The position numbers and the translations under genes were made by a program. Shown here piece by piece: positions 9,720 to 19,593 of a DNA stretch of 64,000 bases. Origin of the DNA: Candidatus Heimdallarchaeota archaeon (GTDB taxonomy: Archaea > Asgardarchaeota > Heimdallarchaeia > Heimdallarchaeales > Heimdallarchaeaceae). The stretch spans positions 32,001-96,000 of the forward strand of contig JAUVXV010000011.1 of assembly GCA_030603365.1 (NCBI GenBank), written 5' to 3'. Under the pieces are notes generated by a model that did no database searches, was not told where the DNA came from, and saw only the letters and a list, made by a program, of their open reading frames with translations. The number at the start of each line of letters is the position of its first letter. The stretch's first letter is position 1.

Positions 9720-10916
9720 TTATTTTTCTCTCTCTTCGGAAAAATCTAATACAGTTGCAATAGTTGCTTGAGTAACCTTCTTAATGAAATCAAAATCCAG
9801 TTTATCTATAGTATCTGCTTCAGTGTGGTAGTATGGATATCGAAAATTTGCTGTATCGGTTATCATCAAAGCTGGGATGTTTTCTTTCCAGAAGGGGGCA
9901 TGATCAGATCGAAGCAAATCCATCAACCATTTAGCTATCTTCTCGAATTTTAATGATATTTTAGCCCACAAATAAGGAAGTTTAATATCTTCATGTTTAC
10001 AATTTTTGCAGAACAGCTTACCAAGTTCCTTTGAATTTTTATCACTCACTACAGCTATAAAATCACCTATTCTTTTACGAGCTTTTACCTTATAAGAAGG
10101 AAACAAAATTGGATGCATTAATGGAGGTAGAAATTGAGAGTTTTTTCTTTTACTTGTATAACCAATTGTTTCTAAATTGATCACTCCTATAATCTTCTTA
10201 CCTTCTTCAACAGCTTTCTTAACCCAATAACCACTACCAACGAGACCTGTTTTTCCTATCCAAGATGTTCTTGTAAAATAAGATCTAGTTTCTATTATGT
10301 ATTCACAATATTCTTTTTCTGTATCAGTTAGATCATCCTTAATCTCTTCAAATGCTTTTTCCCAAGACTCTAGCAAAGGTTTCCCCTTAGCTAGTCTGAC
10401 ATGCACTTTGGAAGAGAATTTCTTTAGTTTTTTCTGAGTTTGATATGAAGTATATTTATAATTCTGATTGAATATTCCCAATTCCAATCCTTTATCTCTA
10501 TATTTTTGACCTAAGATGGGATCAAATTCTTCCAGTGTGAAACTGATAAACCGAACATTACCTGAAAAGTCTTCAGATGCTAATATTCTAGCTGTTTCTA
10601 GCATTGCAGCTACAGCTGAACCATTATCATTTGCTCCAGGAGCATTTCGAACGGTATCATAGTGACTAGTAACAAGAATTTCCGGTTTAGAACCATCCCC
10701 CATATAACCTTCAATATTCCGAAAAGTCATATCTATACCTTTTATCTCAAAGGATTGTTCATTTGTGTTCAGACCAAATTTTTGGAATTCTGATTTTATA
10801 TAATCTGCAGTTTCATTAAGCTTTTCAGGATTAGCATAAGGATGCTTAATTCCCTCAACAGATAAAACGTGCTGATAAAGCCTTTCGACATCGACTTTCT
10901 TTATTGCATCATTCAT
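9720..10916 (-). CDS. M28 family metallopeptidase (intact)
   Basis: SHYDT, PGANDNGS, FTLEE, NLE, RSDH and YYHT motifs. Confidence 0.92.
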   Translation of the reverse strand: MNDAIKKVDVERLYQHVLSVEGIKHPYANPEKLNETADYIKSEFQKFGLNTNEQSFEIKGIDMTFRNIEGYMGDGSKPEILVTSHYDTVRNAPGANDNGSAVAAMLETARILASEDFSGNVRFISFTLEEFDPILGQKYRDKGLELGIFNQNYKYTSYQTQKKLKKFSSKVHVRLAKGKPLLESWEKAFEEIKDDLTDTEKEYCEYIIETRSYFTRTSWIGKTGLVGSGYWVKKAVEEGKKIIGVINLETIGYTSKRKNSQFLPPLMHPILFPSYKVKARKRIGDFIAVVSDKNSKELGKLFCKNCKHEDIKLPYLWAKISLKFEKIAKWLMDLLRSDHAPFWKENIPALMITDTANFRYPYYHTEADTIDKLDFDFIKKVTQATIATVLDFSEEREK

Positions 10917-11146
10917 AAGGTTATCAATCTTTTTTCATAGCACTGTATTTATATTTTCTCCAAATATCAATAATTGTAGAAGAAGAATTATAGAATTATG
11001 TTTCTTCATTTTATACAGTATTTCTTTTTTAGGAATTCTAGAATACAAAGAAAAAGAATATCACGATATCTTCTAAAATAAAGCTTTACAGATTTTTTTC
11101 AAAACCTTTTTAATTATCAAATTAAATGTTAATATTGGTGTACTTC

Positions 11147-11710
11147 ATGAAAAAAAGATATACGTACTTATTTTTTACTTCAATATTACTAATCCTTTCT
11201 TCATCTCAGATTTTTGCTCGTTCTGCTACTATGACCAGAACTGACCCGGATGGAACTAAATGTACTATGTTTGTTGGATCAGAAGAGTTTTACATAGTTG
11301 GTACTTTATTTGAACTGGAAGTACAATTGACAGCTGATATCTTTGGAACATTATCAGGTGTTGTTATTGTAGCTTTCTATGATATAACAATAAATGTCAC
11401 AATCTTAGGGGATACATATGTTACGACACAAAATACAACTCTCCCAGATATAGATACTGAAGGTGGGAGTAGTTCAACAACTGTAACATTTAATCTATCA
11501 GATATAACAGATGATGAATTTCAAGCTAAGACGCTATTTGACTTCAAGAAAAATAATACACAAGGTGAAGATCTAGATCATGGTGGTACTCTTCTTGGAA
11601 TGAGTGGAATCAGCGTCAGAGTGGAAGAAGAAGCAAATGCTAGCAATATTGCTCCGATTCTAGCAGTTCTAAGTATCGCACTTATCTTAAAAAAGAAAAG
11701 GAAGAAATAA
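11147..11710 (+). CDS. Secreted, C-terminally anchored hypothetical protein
   Basis: Signal peptide, C-terminal TM followed by KKKRKK. Confidence 0.75.
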   Translation: MKKRYTYLFFTSILLILSSSQIFARSATMTRTDPDGTKCTMFVGSEEFYIVGTLFELEVQLTADIFGTLSGVVIVAFYDITINVTILGDTYVTTQNTTLPDIDTEGGSSSTTVTFNLSDITDDEFQAKTLFDFKKNNTQGEDLDHGGTLLGMSGISVRVEEEANASNIAPILAVLSIALILKKKRKK

Positions 11711-11939
11711 GCTAATTCTAGGTTGACATAGAGATTTGAAAAACACCAGAATTAGTATTAACTGTGATTCTTTTGGTCATTGGATATAATGAACTTCTGA
11801 CTCTTGGATAGGGAAGTAGAAACTGCAAAACTTCGTGTGACTGTTATCAAGGACATTTATATCATAGAAAATCACTACTATCACAAAATCTTACTACTGT
11901 ATAAGGGACACATTAAACCTGAAGAAACATTCAAATAAA

Positions 11940-12086
11940 CTAGAGAGGAAGGAGAATTAGGAAATGCAGCATATCAACTTTCTCTGATTTAAGTGTAGGT
12001 TTTTCGAGCTTTGCCCCACAATATGTACAAAATTTATCGTCAACTAGATTGGTTTGACCACAGTTAACACAGAATGTTAAAGACAT
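11940..12086 (-). CDS. Short or truncated zinc-ribbon protein
   Basis: FCVNCG...FCTYCGAKL; start moved to ATG 12086. Confidence 0.55.
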   Translation of the reverse strand: MSLTFCVNCGQTNLVDDKFCTYCGAKLEKPTLKSEKVDMLHFLILLPL

Positions 12087-12168
12087 TTTAAAGCCTAGTA
12101 TCATTCCATGAAATAAAAGTGTTCTCAATGAAGGAATATTTTTTAATAACTACTAGAATATTTAAAGT

Positions 12169-13197
12169 ATGAAAGTAGGTATTTTAACCGGAGGAGGAGA
12201 CTGTCCAGGATTAAATGCAGTTATCAGAGCTATAGGAAAAAAAGGGATAGTTCACTATGATGATGAATTCATAGGTCTTAAAAATGGTTGGGCAGGATTA
12301 ATGTCTCTTGATTATATTCAATTAGAGAGACACAATTTTTCTGGTATTCTCCATCTAGGTGGAACTATTCTAGGTTCTTCACGAACCAATCCTGAGAAGG
12401 AAGAAGGAGGGTATGATCTTGCTATAAAAAATTTCAAGGAGCTTGGGCTTGATGCACTTATAGTGATTGGGGGGAATGACACACTAGGAGTTGCAGTGAA
12501 GCTTCATGAGTTAGGTATACCCATAGTAGGTGTACCCAAAACAATAGATAATGACATTTGCGCAACAGATATGACTTTTGGTTTTGACACAGCTGTATCA
12601 GTAGCTACTGAAGCAATCGATAGATTACATACAACAGCTGAATCACATCATAGATGTATAGTTGTTGAAGTGATGGGTCGACATGCAGGATGGATAGCTA
12701 CTCATTCGGGTATAGCTGGTGGAGCTGATTATGTACTGATCCCTGAACAACCATATGAAATAAAGGATATTACTGATAAAATTCAACTTAGAATGAATAG
12801 AGGAAAATTTTTCTCAATTGTAGTAGTAGCTGAAGGTGTCGAACTCAGAGTAGAGGGATATGATATTCAGACAAGAGAAACTGATGATTTTGGTAATATT
12901 CGTTTAGGGGGAATTGGAGATCTCCTAGCAAGAGAGATAGAGAAAAGAATTGGTATTGAATCTCGTGCTGTTGTACTAGGACATGTACAACGTGGTGGGA
13001 CTCCTACTGCATATGACAGAGTACTTGGAACAAAGTATGGTATAGCAGCAATTGATATGGTTCATGAAGGAAATTTTGGAATGATGACTGCACTACATGG
13101 AACTAAAGTTGTTCCTGTTCCAATAGAAGATGGAGTGAAAGAATCTAAGATTGTTGACAAAGATACTTATGAAATAGCTAAAGTATTTTTTGGATAG
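12169..13197 (+). CDS. pfkA: 6-phosphofructokinase, PfkA family group III, probably PPi-dependent
   Basis: GGGDCPGLNA, GGNDT, PKTIDND, EVMGR and LGHVQRGG motifs. Confidence 0.93.
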   Translation: MKVGILTGGGDCPGLNAVIRAIGKKGIVHYDDEFIGLKNGWAGLMSLDYIQLERHNFSGILHLGGTILGSSRTNPEKEEGGYDLAIKNFKELGLDALIVIGGNDTLGVAVKLHELGIPIVGVPKTIDNDICATDMTFGFDTAVSVATEAIDRLHTTAESHHRCIVVEVMGRHAGWIATHSGIAGGADYVLIPEQPYEIKDITDKIQLRMNRGKFFSIVVVAEGVELRVEGYDIQTRETDDFGNIRLGGIGDLLAREIEKRIGIESRAVVLGHVQRGGTPTAYDRVLGTKYGIAAIDMVHEGNFGMMTALHGTKVVPVPIEDGVKESKIVDKDTYEIAKVFFG

Positions 13198-13219
13198 TAT
13201 TTTCTTATTAAGCTAAATC

Positions 13220-13624
13220 TTAGAAACAATCACATAAACCTAAGCATTGCAGAAATTTGAACCAGGTTTTTCTTTGGTCAACATAGAATCTTCTAAAGTA
13301 GTAACCAGCAATTAAAGCGGTTATTCCAAAAATACCAGTAACTATGTATGCCCAAATTTCGTAATAGTCTAATCCTGTTATGAGATAAATCATTACAAGG
13401 GTAGCTATGGCTGATACAACCCAAGTAGTTACAATTAGTATCATCTTTCTTTGTTCTTTCTTTTTAGTTTCTTCCTTTCCTTCAGGTTCTATTTGATATT
13501 TAACAGGTAAATGTTGTTGTTTTAGTGCAAGTATCTCATTTTCTAGATCACCACCACAAAATTTGCAGAATTGACCATCAACAACTATTTTTTCTTTGCA
13601 ATGAGGACAATCTATTTCAAACAT
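13220..13624 (-). CDS. Zinc-ribbon membrane protein with Cys-containing tail
   Basis: CPHC..FCKFCGGDLE..LPVKYQ, two TM segments, ends CLGLCDCF. Confidence 0.75.
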   Translation of the reverse strand: MFEIDCPHCKEKIVVDGQFCKFCGGDLENEILALKQQHLPVKYQIEPEGKEETKKKEQRKMILIVTTWVVSAIATLVMIYLITGLDYYEIWAYIVTGIFGITALIAGYYFRRFYVDQRKTWFKFLQCLGLCDCF

Positions 13625-13705
13625 TCCAAAAAACTGATTCTCATAAGAAATTATAAGTATTGTGAAGAAATGATTTACCAGAAAAAGAAGGGGATGAAGT
13701 TTGGT

Positions 13706-13882
13706 TTAGTCTTTCTGCAGAAATGCATATAATGCAAATGTTTCTTGGTCGCAGTTTATAATTTTCCAGCCTTCATTTAGGTACTTCTGAACTTCATCTT
13801 CAAAAGCTTGGATAAATTCAGCAATTGTGTTATATCTTGTTGGTCTTTGATTAACCATTCTAATTACTTTAAATTTGAACAA
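13706..13882 (-). CDS. Small protein (58 aa, DUF1737/DUF4177-like), not in ORF track
   Basis: TTG start; MFKFKVIRM...FEDEVQKYLNEGWKII...FLQKD; TATA-like box upstream. Confidence 0.55.
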   Translation of the reverse strand: MFKFKVIRMVNQRPTRYNTIAEFIQAFEDEVQKYLNEGWKIINCDQETFALYAFLQKD

Positions 13883-14066
13883 AGAGTTGAATTAGACTTG
13901 TTTCATAAAATTTTTTCCCTCCTAAAAGAAGAAATATTTTTCTATGCTTACAACAAATGTCAAACTTAAAAAAGGAGAATATTCTTCTATTTTAAGAAGA
14001 GTCTCTTATGCCATGTTTGTGAGGAAAGGAAAAAGGTTCCTAAAAAAAGAGTCTGGGGTTAATGCA

Positions 14067-14675
14067 TTGAAACAACTGATACTAATTAAAAATAAGGATA
14101 AAGAGAAAGCTGCTGATACCCTTGCAAAAGCATTCATGAATGATCCTTTGAGTTGTTGGTTTTTTGAGGATGAAGAAACAAGATATAGTTATCTTTTAGA
14201 TTACTTCAATTTCAGAGTTAGTTATGGAATGAGATATGGAGAAGTTTATGCAACATCTTACAGATATGAAGGGATAGCTATTTGGTTACCAGGGGAAAAA
14301 GCAGAAGTAACTAACTGGAGAGGGATGAGAAGTGGAGGGATGAAACTATATAATAAAATAAGTAGTGATATAATGACACAGTTTAACCAAGTTGGTCATT
14401 ATACAACTGAGTTCAGAAACAATTTGATCCAACCTCCATATTACCAATTATCTCCTATTGGAGTAAAACCTGAATTTCAGGGAAAAGGATTTGGAAGTAA
14501 ACTATTAAAACCAATGCTCGAGAGATTCGATGAAGAAGAGATAACTTGTTTTCTAGAAACTCAAACTGAATCAAATCTACCGATTTATGAAAAACTAGGT
14601 TTCAAAATAATAAAAGAAGGTAAAATTCCAAAAGCTAATTTATCTCATTGGGGAATGATTAGAAAACCAAAATAA
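14067..14675 (+). CDS. GNAT N-acetyltransferase
   Basis: LAKAFMNDP, IGVKPEFQGKGFGS, FLET, NLPIYEKLGF; start estimated at TTG 14067. Confidence 0.88.
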   Translation: MKQLILIKNKDKEKAADTLAKAFMNDPLSCWFFEDEETRYSYLLDYFNFRVSYGMRYGEVYATSYRYEGIAIWLPGEKAEVTNWRGMRSGGMKLYNKISSDIMTQFNQVGHYTTEFRNNLIQPPYYQLSPIGVKPEFQGKGFGSKLLKPMLERFDEEEITCFLETQTESNLPIYEKLGFKIIKEGKIPKANLSHWGMIRKPK

Positions 14676-14756
14676 AACAAAGAACAAGTAATAGTAAATT
14701 GTATTTTACAAACGGAAAAAGAAAAAGAAAAAGAATTATTTTATAAAACAGCGATA

Positions 14757-15734
14757 TTATAAGAAATCTCTTGATAATGCTTCTATATCATCCATTTCAG
14801 TTTTAGTTAATTCAATTCTCATAGCTTTGCCATTTTCTTCTGCATGTTTAGGTTTGGTAGCGCCAGGAATTGCTACAACAGTTTCACCATGATAATTAAC
14901 TAACCAATTCAAAGCAACTTGTGATATAGTAGCTTGATGATTTTTGGCAATAATATCCATCTCTTTGACAAGTTCCAAGCTTTTGTTAAGATAACGTTTG
15001 ATCATAATTCTCTTTCCCATAAGTTTGCTTTTCAGTACATCAGGTTCAAAATGGAATATTCCAGTTAGAACACCCATTTGCAATGGAGACCAAGCTATAA
15101 TTGTTATTCCTAATTCTTTAGCAGTTTCAAGAACTCCATTGCTCTCTATATTTCTATGAACAAGACTGTAGTTAACCTGATTAGAAGCAAGAGGAATTCC
15201 CATTTCAGCTAAAACATCATGAGCTTCCCTCATCTTATCTGCTGAAAAATTACTTATTCCTATAGATTTGATTTTGCCATTCTCAATTAACTTAACCATA
15301 CCATAAAGTTGCTTCTTTAGTGACGAAACGGACATAGGATTGTGAATCTGATGAAGGTCAATAGAGTAAGGTTCAAGGTATTTTAATCTATCATCGATAG
15401 TTTTTGTTATTGATTTAGCTCTACGGAATATTGGGCTCCATTTGGTAGCGATGACTATGTCTTTATCAGATTTTCCAGCTGCTTGAAGACCTTTAGAAAG
15501 TTTAGTTTCAGAGATTCCTGACCCATACGCTTCAGCTGTATCAAACCAATTGATATTATTATCAAGAGCTGCTTTTATAATACTTTTAGCTATTTCATCT
15601 TCTAACTCGGGATATAAAAATTTCATAAAGGTGTGACCACCTGCAAATTGCATTACACCTTGACCAATAGGAGAAATTTTGAGGTTAGTTTTCCCTAGTT
15701 TCCTTTTAGAAATAGTATCATTCTTTTGGCTCAT
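14757..15734 (-). CDS. Aldo/keto reductase
   Basis: FDTAEAYG, IATK, DLHQIH, IGISN and AWSPL motifs. Confidence 0.92.
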   Translation of the reverse strand: MSQKNDTISKRKLGKTNLKISPIGQGVMQFAGGHTFMKFLYPELEDEIAKSIIKAALDNNINWFDTAEAYGSGISETKLSKGLQAAGKSDKDIVIATKWSPIFRRAKSITKTIDDRLKYLEPYSIDLHQIHNPMSVSSLKKQLYGMVKLIENGKIKSIGISNFSADKMREAHDVLAEMGIPLASNQVNYSLVHRNIESNGVLETAKELGITIIAWSPLQMGVLTGIFHFEPDVLKSKLMGKRIMIKRYLNKSLELVKEMDIIAKNHQATISQVALNWLVNYHGETVVAIPGATKPKHAEENGKAMRIELTKTEMDDIEALSRDFL

Positions 15735-15820
15735 ACTCCGTTTTTAAAAAATCAGATAATAAAGTTAATGGAGTAACAAATGTAAGAAGTCAGATTAGAA
15801 ATGGAAGTGGTATAAGAATC

Positions 15821-16324
15821 TTAACAATCACATCCACCACAATCACCACAATCACAACCTCCACAATCACTACTACAGTCTGCACAACTGCAACCACCAC
15901 AATCACCACAACCAGAACAATCTGAACTCCAACATCCTGTTCCTGTTGAACGACTTGGAGAGATGATTAGGTTAGTAATAGAGGCGATTATAAATAAAAC
16001 ACCCAATACACCCATTAGAATAAAGTGCCAAAGTTGGTAATTTCTAAGGAATACGAAGAGTAGAATCAATGCTACTAATAGCAAAAGAGTAGAAATTCTA
16101 AAAAACAGTTGTACTGGTTTTTGTTTTTCCTTTTGTATTTTTGCTATAGGTTGACCTGGATGAGGTTGATAAGGAGGTGCTTTAGGTTCGGTTTGATATT
16201 TTATTGGTAGTTTTCTCTGTTTATATCTAAGGATTACCTGTTCTAAATCTGTACCACAGTATTCACAAAATTTACCTTCGGCAGCATGCTTCTTACCACA
16301 ATTTGGACAAAAGACTCCAGACAT
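15821..16324 (-). CDS. Zinc-ribbon membrane protein with Cys-Gly-Asp-rich tail
   Basis: FCPNCG..FCEYCGTDLE..LPIKYQ, Pro/Gln linker, two TM segments, CGDCGGCDC tail. Confidence 0.8.
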   Translation of the reverse strand: MSGVFCPNCGKKHAAEGKFCEYCGTDLEQVILRYKQRKLPIKYQTEPKAPPYQPHPGQPIAKIQKEKQKPVQLFFRISTLLLLVALILLFVFLRNYQLWHFILMGVLGVLFIIASITNLIISPSRSTGTGCWSSDCSGCGDCGGCSCADCSSDCGGCDCGDCGGCDC

Positions 16325-16620
16325 ATCAAAATATATGTTCTACGAAGTTATATATAAATCTAGAATGTAAAACTTAGTTTGTAGAGAGAAATTTCACGTT
16401 TTTTTTAACAGTATAATATATTACAGTAGAAAAAGCAAATTATCTATTGATTCAGAGAAAACAGAAAGAATCTATTTTGTTTATCTATTTAGACAATAGA
16501 TTTTCATTTAAATTTTAAAAATCCTATTGAGAAAGATTAGAATTGATACAGAAATGACTTTCCTTTGGTATGCGAATTACTTAATAAGCCCTTAGATATA
16601 TAGTTAGTTTGGTGTAGTAA

Positions 16621-18324
16621 ATGAGGAAAAAAATAGGTTTATCTTTACTAATTATTTCGATGTTTTTAATTTCGATAATGTTCAGCCAAACGAGATCAGA
16701 AATTGACAATGTTGATAATCAAGATTTAGAAACAAATTATACAATATCATCACCAATCTTAATAGAAAAAGACTTGGATTTTGGACCAGATGGGTATAAT
16801 TTTCCTGGATCAGGATTTGCAGCAGATCCATATCTTATTCAAAATCTAAATATAACTGCTCCAGGCACTTATGGAATAAAAATCAGTGATGTTTCTGCAG
16901 CAGTGCACTTTGAGATAAGAGATTGCTATATTCTAGCTGATGATCCTATTATTCTGAATACTATTTTAAGTCCAGAAACAGTAATTATCAATAACACATT
17001 AATTGCTGACTTCTATTCAGGAGATGGAATATATGTTAACAACACCGATGATCTTACTATTGACGATAACTATATCTCTGAATGTATAAATGGAGTATAC
17101 ATTGAAAACTCAAACAATCTGAATATTGTAAATAACCATTTTAATGAGAATATTTATGCAATTCAAGGTTATCATTTTACGGGATCTTTAATTGAATTCA
17201 ATACATTTGAAAAGAATAGAGAACTTTATTTTGGAAGTAGTGGAAATCTAGATTTCTTTGATAATACTTTCTTAAATAATGATCATGGTCTCCGATTTAG
17301 CTCTGTAGATTTCACAGTAATTACTGACAATATTTTCATAGACAATATCGGTTATGCAATTAAATTTCTATCAGGAACTGATTGTAAAGTCTATCATAAT
17401 TACTTCATAAGAAATGGAATATCCTTCTTATCACAAGTATATGATGAAGCTCATTTAGGTGGAAATGAATGGGACTATGGAGGAGTAGGGAATTTCTGGC
17501 TTGATCTAGGGGATAAAATATACTATCCCATTGATGGAGATGATTCTACATTTGATTACTATCCCTTCTATAACTCTGACAGTGATAGCCTAAATGATTA
17601 TGAAGAAATAATACTATACAACACAAATCCTTACTCTGAAGATAGTGACTCAGATGATATTCCTGATGATTTTGAAGTGTATAATGGTTTAGATCCTCTA
17701 ATAGATGACGCGAGTGATGATCCGGATACTGATGAATTAACTAACATATTTGAGTATTATTACGGTACAATCCCCCTTAACCCAGATTCAGATGGCGATC
17801 TGATGCCTGATGGATATGAAGTTTTTCATGCACTTAATCCACTAGTAGATGACAGCTCTTTTGATTTAGATGGAGACGGTTTTTCGAATTATCAAGAATA
17901 TGTTTTAGGACTTATGCCTAACAAAGTTGATTCAGATTCTGACGGAATGGATGATTATTGGGAACACTATAATGGTCTTAATCCTCTTATAAATGATGCT
18001 TGGGAAGATCCTGATGATGATAAATTGAATAATTTCCTAGAATATATCTATGCTTGTGATCCTCAAGACAGTGATTCTGATGATGACGGTCATGATGATG
18101 GCTGGGAAATCCTTCAGGGAACAAATCCAAATGATCCAACAGATTATCCATTAACAACATATGAACCTCAACCGACTGAAACTGATACTTTTCCAACAGA
18201 AGAGAGTACATTCTTTCTTATAGCAAGTTTACTAGCTCTACTAATATTTACTGGATTTTCACTTAGAAAGAAACGAAGAGAAACTAAGAAATTAGAGGAA
18301 ATCTTAAAACTATATTTTCCTTAA
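16621..18324 (+). CDS. Surface protein: parallel beta-helix plus thrombospondin type-3-like Ca-binding repeats and C-terminal anchor
   Basis: Signal peptide, NosD-like repeats, multiple DSDxDxxxDxxE motifs, TM with basic tail. Confidence 0.85.
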   Translation: MRKKIGLSLLIISMFLISIMFSQTRSEIDNVDNQDLETNYTISSPILIEKDLDFGPDGYNFPGSGFAADPYLIQNLNITAPGTYGIKISDVSAAVHFEIRDCYILADDPIILNTILSPETVIINNTLIADFYSGDGIYVNNTDDLTIDDNYISECINGVYIENSNNLNIVNNHFNENIYAIQGYHFTGSLIEFNTFEKNRELYFGSSGNLDFFDNTFLNNDHGLRFSSVDFTVITDNIFIDNIGYAIKFLSGTDCKVYHNYFIRNGISFLSQVYDEAHLGGNEWDYGGVGNFWLDLGDKIYYPIDGDDSTFDYYPFYNSDSDSLNDYEEIILYNTNPYSEDSDSDDIPDDFEVYNGLDPLIDDASDDPDTDELTNIFEYYYGTIPLNPDSDGDLMPDGYEVFHALNPLVDDSSFDLDGDGFSNYQEYVLGLMPNKVDSDSDGMDDYWEHYNGLNPLINDAWEDPDDDKLNNFLEYIYACDPQDSDSDDDGHDDGWEILQGTNPNDPTDYPLTTYEPQPTETDTFPTEESTFFLIASLLALLIFTGFSLRKKRRETKKLEEILKLYFP

Positions 18325-18425
18325 TTCTTATCTTTTTTCATTCTAAGAACAAAGACAACTCATTATGTTAATTTGTAAGCAAAACAATTTAATAATAGTA
18401 ACTTTGTAAATATAATGATGTATAA

Positions 18426-18656
18426 ATGAAAAGGAAATCAGTTTTTTCTTATTTATTTATAATTTGCTTGTTATTTTCCTTTCAACTGGTTCAAAAAACA
18501 TCCTCTAGCACAGACAATTTACCAGCAGAAGAGACTACTTACTATTATCTAGCAAGCTTACTAGCATTGTTAGTATTTGGAGGTATTGTCTATATTTGGA
18601 GGATGAAAAGAAGAAAGAGAGTTAGAGAACTCTTAGACGATTACTTCCCCAAATGA
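18426..18656 (+). CDS. Minimal paralogue of 16621..18324 (signal peptide fused directly to the anchor)
   Basis: PAEETTYYYLASLLALL...LDDYFPK versus PTEESTFFLIASLLALL...LKLYFP. Confidence 0.65.
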   Translation: MKRKSVFSYLFIICLLFSFQLVQKTSSSTDNLPAEETTYYYLASLLALLVFGGIVYIWRMKRRKRVRELLDDYFPK

Positions 18657-18736
18657 AGAATCAAAAATGCAATTTGGATAAAAGAAGAGCACTATTTTTC
18701 CTTCTACAATTTCTTTTATTATATCAAAGGATAAAA

Positions 18737-19036
18737 TTACCTACAATCTGGACCACAACACATCCAGAAGAATAATATCCCAAATAATGCATCCCAGAAA
18801 CCTCGATCACTTCTATGAGGTCTGTCATCATAATACTCGTCAGAACGGCGCTGTTGATATTGGGGTTGTTGTGCTGTTGGTCCACTCTGAGCAGTTGCTT
18901 GATATCTAACTGGTAATTGTTTATTCTTGTATTTGAGGATAACTTCTTCTAAATCTGTGCCACAATGTTCACAATAACGACCTGAAGCTTTATGATTAGC
19001 TCCACAGTTTGGGCAAAAAACGCTATCTTCAATCAT
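18737..19036 (-). CDS. Zinc-ribbon tail-anchored protein
   Basis: FCPNCG..YCEHCGTDLE..LPVRYQ, Gln/Pro linker, GFWDALFGILFFWMCCGPDCR. Confidence 0.75.
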   Translation of the reverse strand: MIEDSVFCPNCGANHKASGRYCEHCGTDLEEVILKYKNKQLPVRYQATAQSGPTAQQPQYQQRRSDEYYDDRPHRSDRGFWDALFGILFFWMCCGPDCR

Positions 19037-19097
19037 ACAAGGAAACTATGTTCTTTCATGTATATAAAGATAAAGAAATAAAAAGAGGAGAAGGAGA

Positions 19098-19481
19098 TTA
19101 TTTTCTCTTTCTTAGAATTGGTAAAGCAACAAATAAGAATACAACAGAAGCCAGAATTAGCCATAGATTGAGAGTATTCATTGATAGCTCGGGAATGATG
19201 ATATAAGGTCCTAATAGAGGATAGAGATCATAATTGTCAACGGGAGTTCCAGGAATTGTATAATTTCCAGTACCGATGTAATCTTTCCAGTAATTCCCTC
19301 CCAGAGTTACATTGTTATACCATAGATTCTCAAAATTTTCATTGTGACCTTCATCAAATGCTTGGTAACCTGAGCTTTCACCATTGTCGGTGAAATTGTT
19401 CCAGTATATCTTACAATCATAACAATTATCTAGATAGATACCTCCTTGCGAGTTATTATAGAAGTTATTTTTTCTTATGTT
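19098..19481 (-). pseudogene. 5'-truncated NosD-like beta-helix gene with PEL-type anchor (not in ORF track)
   Basis: Open frame NNFYNNSQGGIYL...QAFDEG...GGNYWKDY...DLYPL...IPELS-TM-RKRK*, with no ATG/GTG/TTG start for the beta-helix portion. Confidence 0.75.
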
Positions 19482-19593
19482 TTACTATATATCTGATATT
19501 TTCTTAAAAAAGTATCTCAAAAACTTACATACTAAAAAAATGTGTTATTAGAGAAGACTTACAAAGAAAAGAGAAATTTTACTATAGAGAAGT

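Noticed and set aside
11720-11940. Possible degraded plus-strand ORF and a partial GGTTGACA match to the repeat
   Set aside because: Too short and interrupted to assign.
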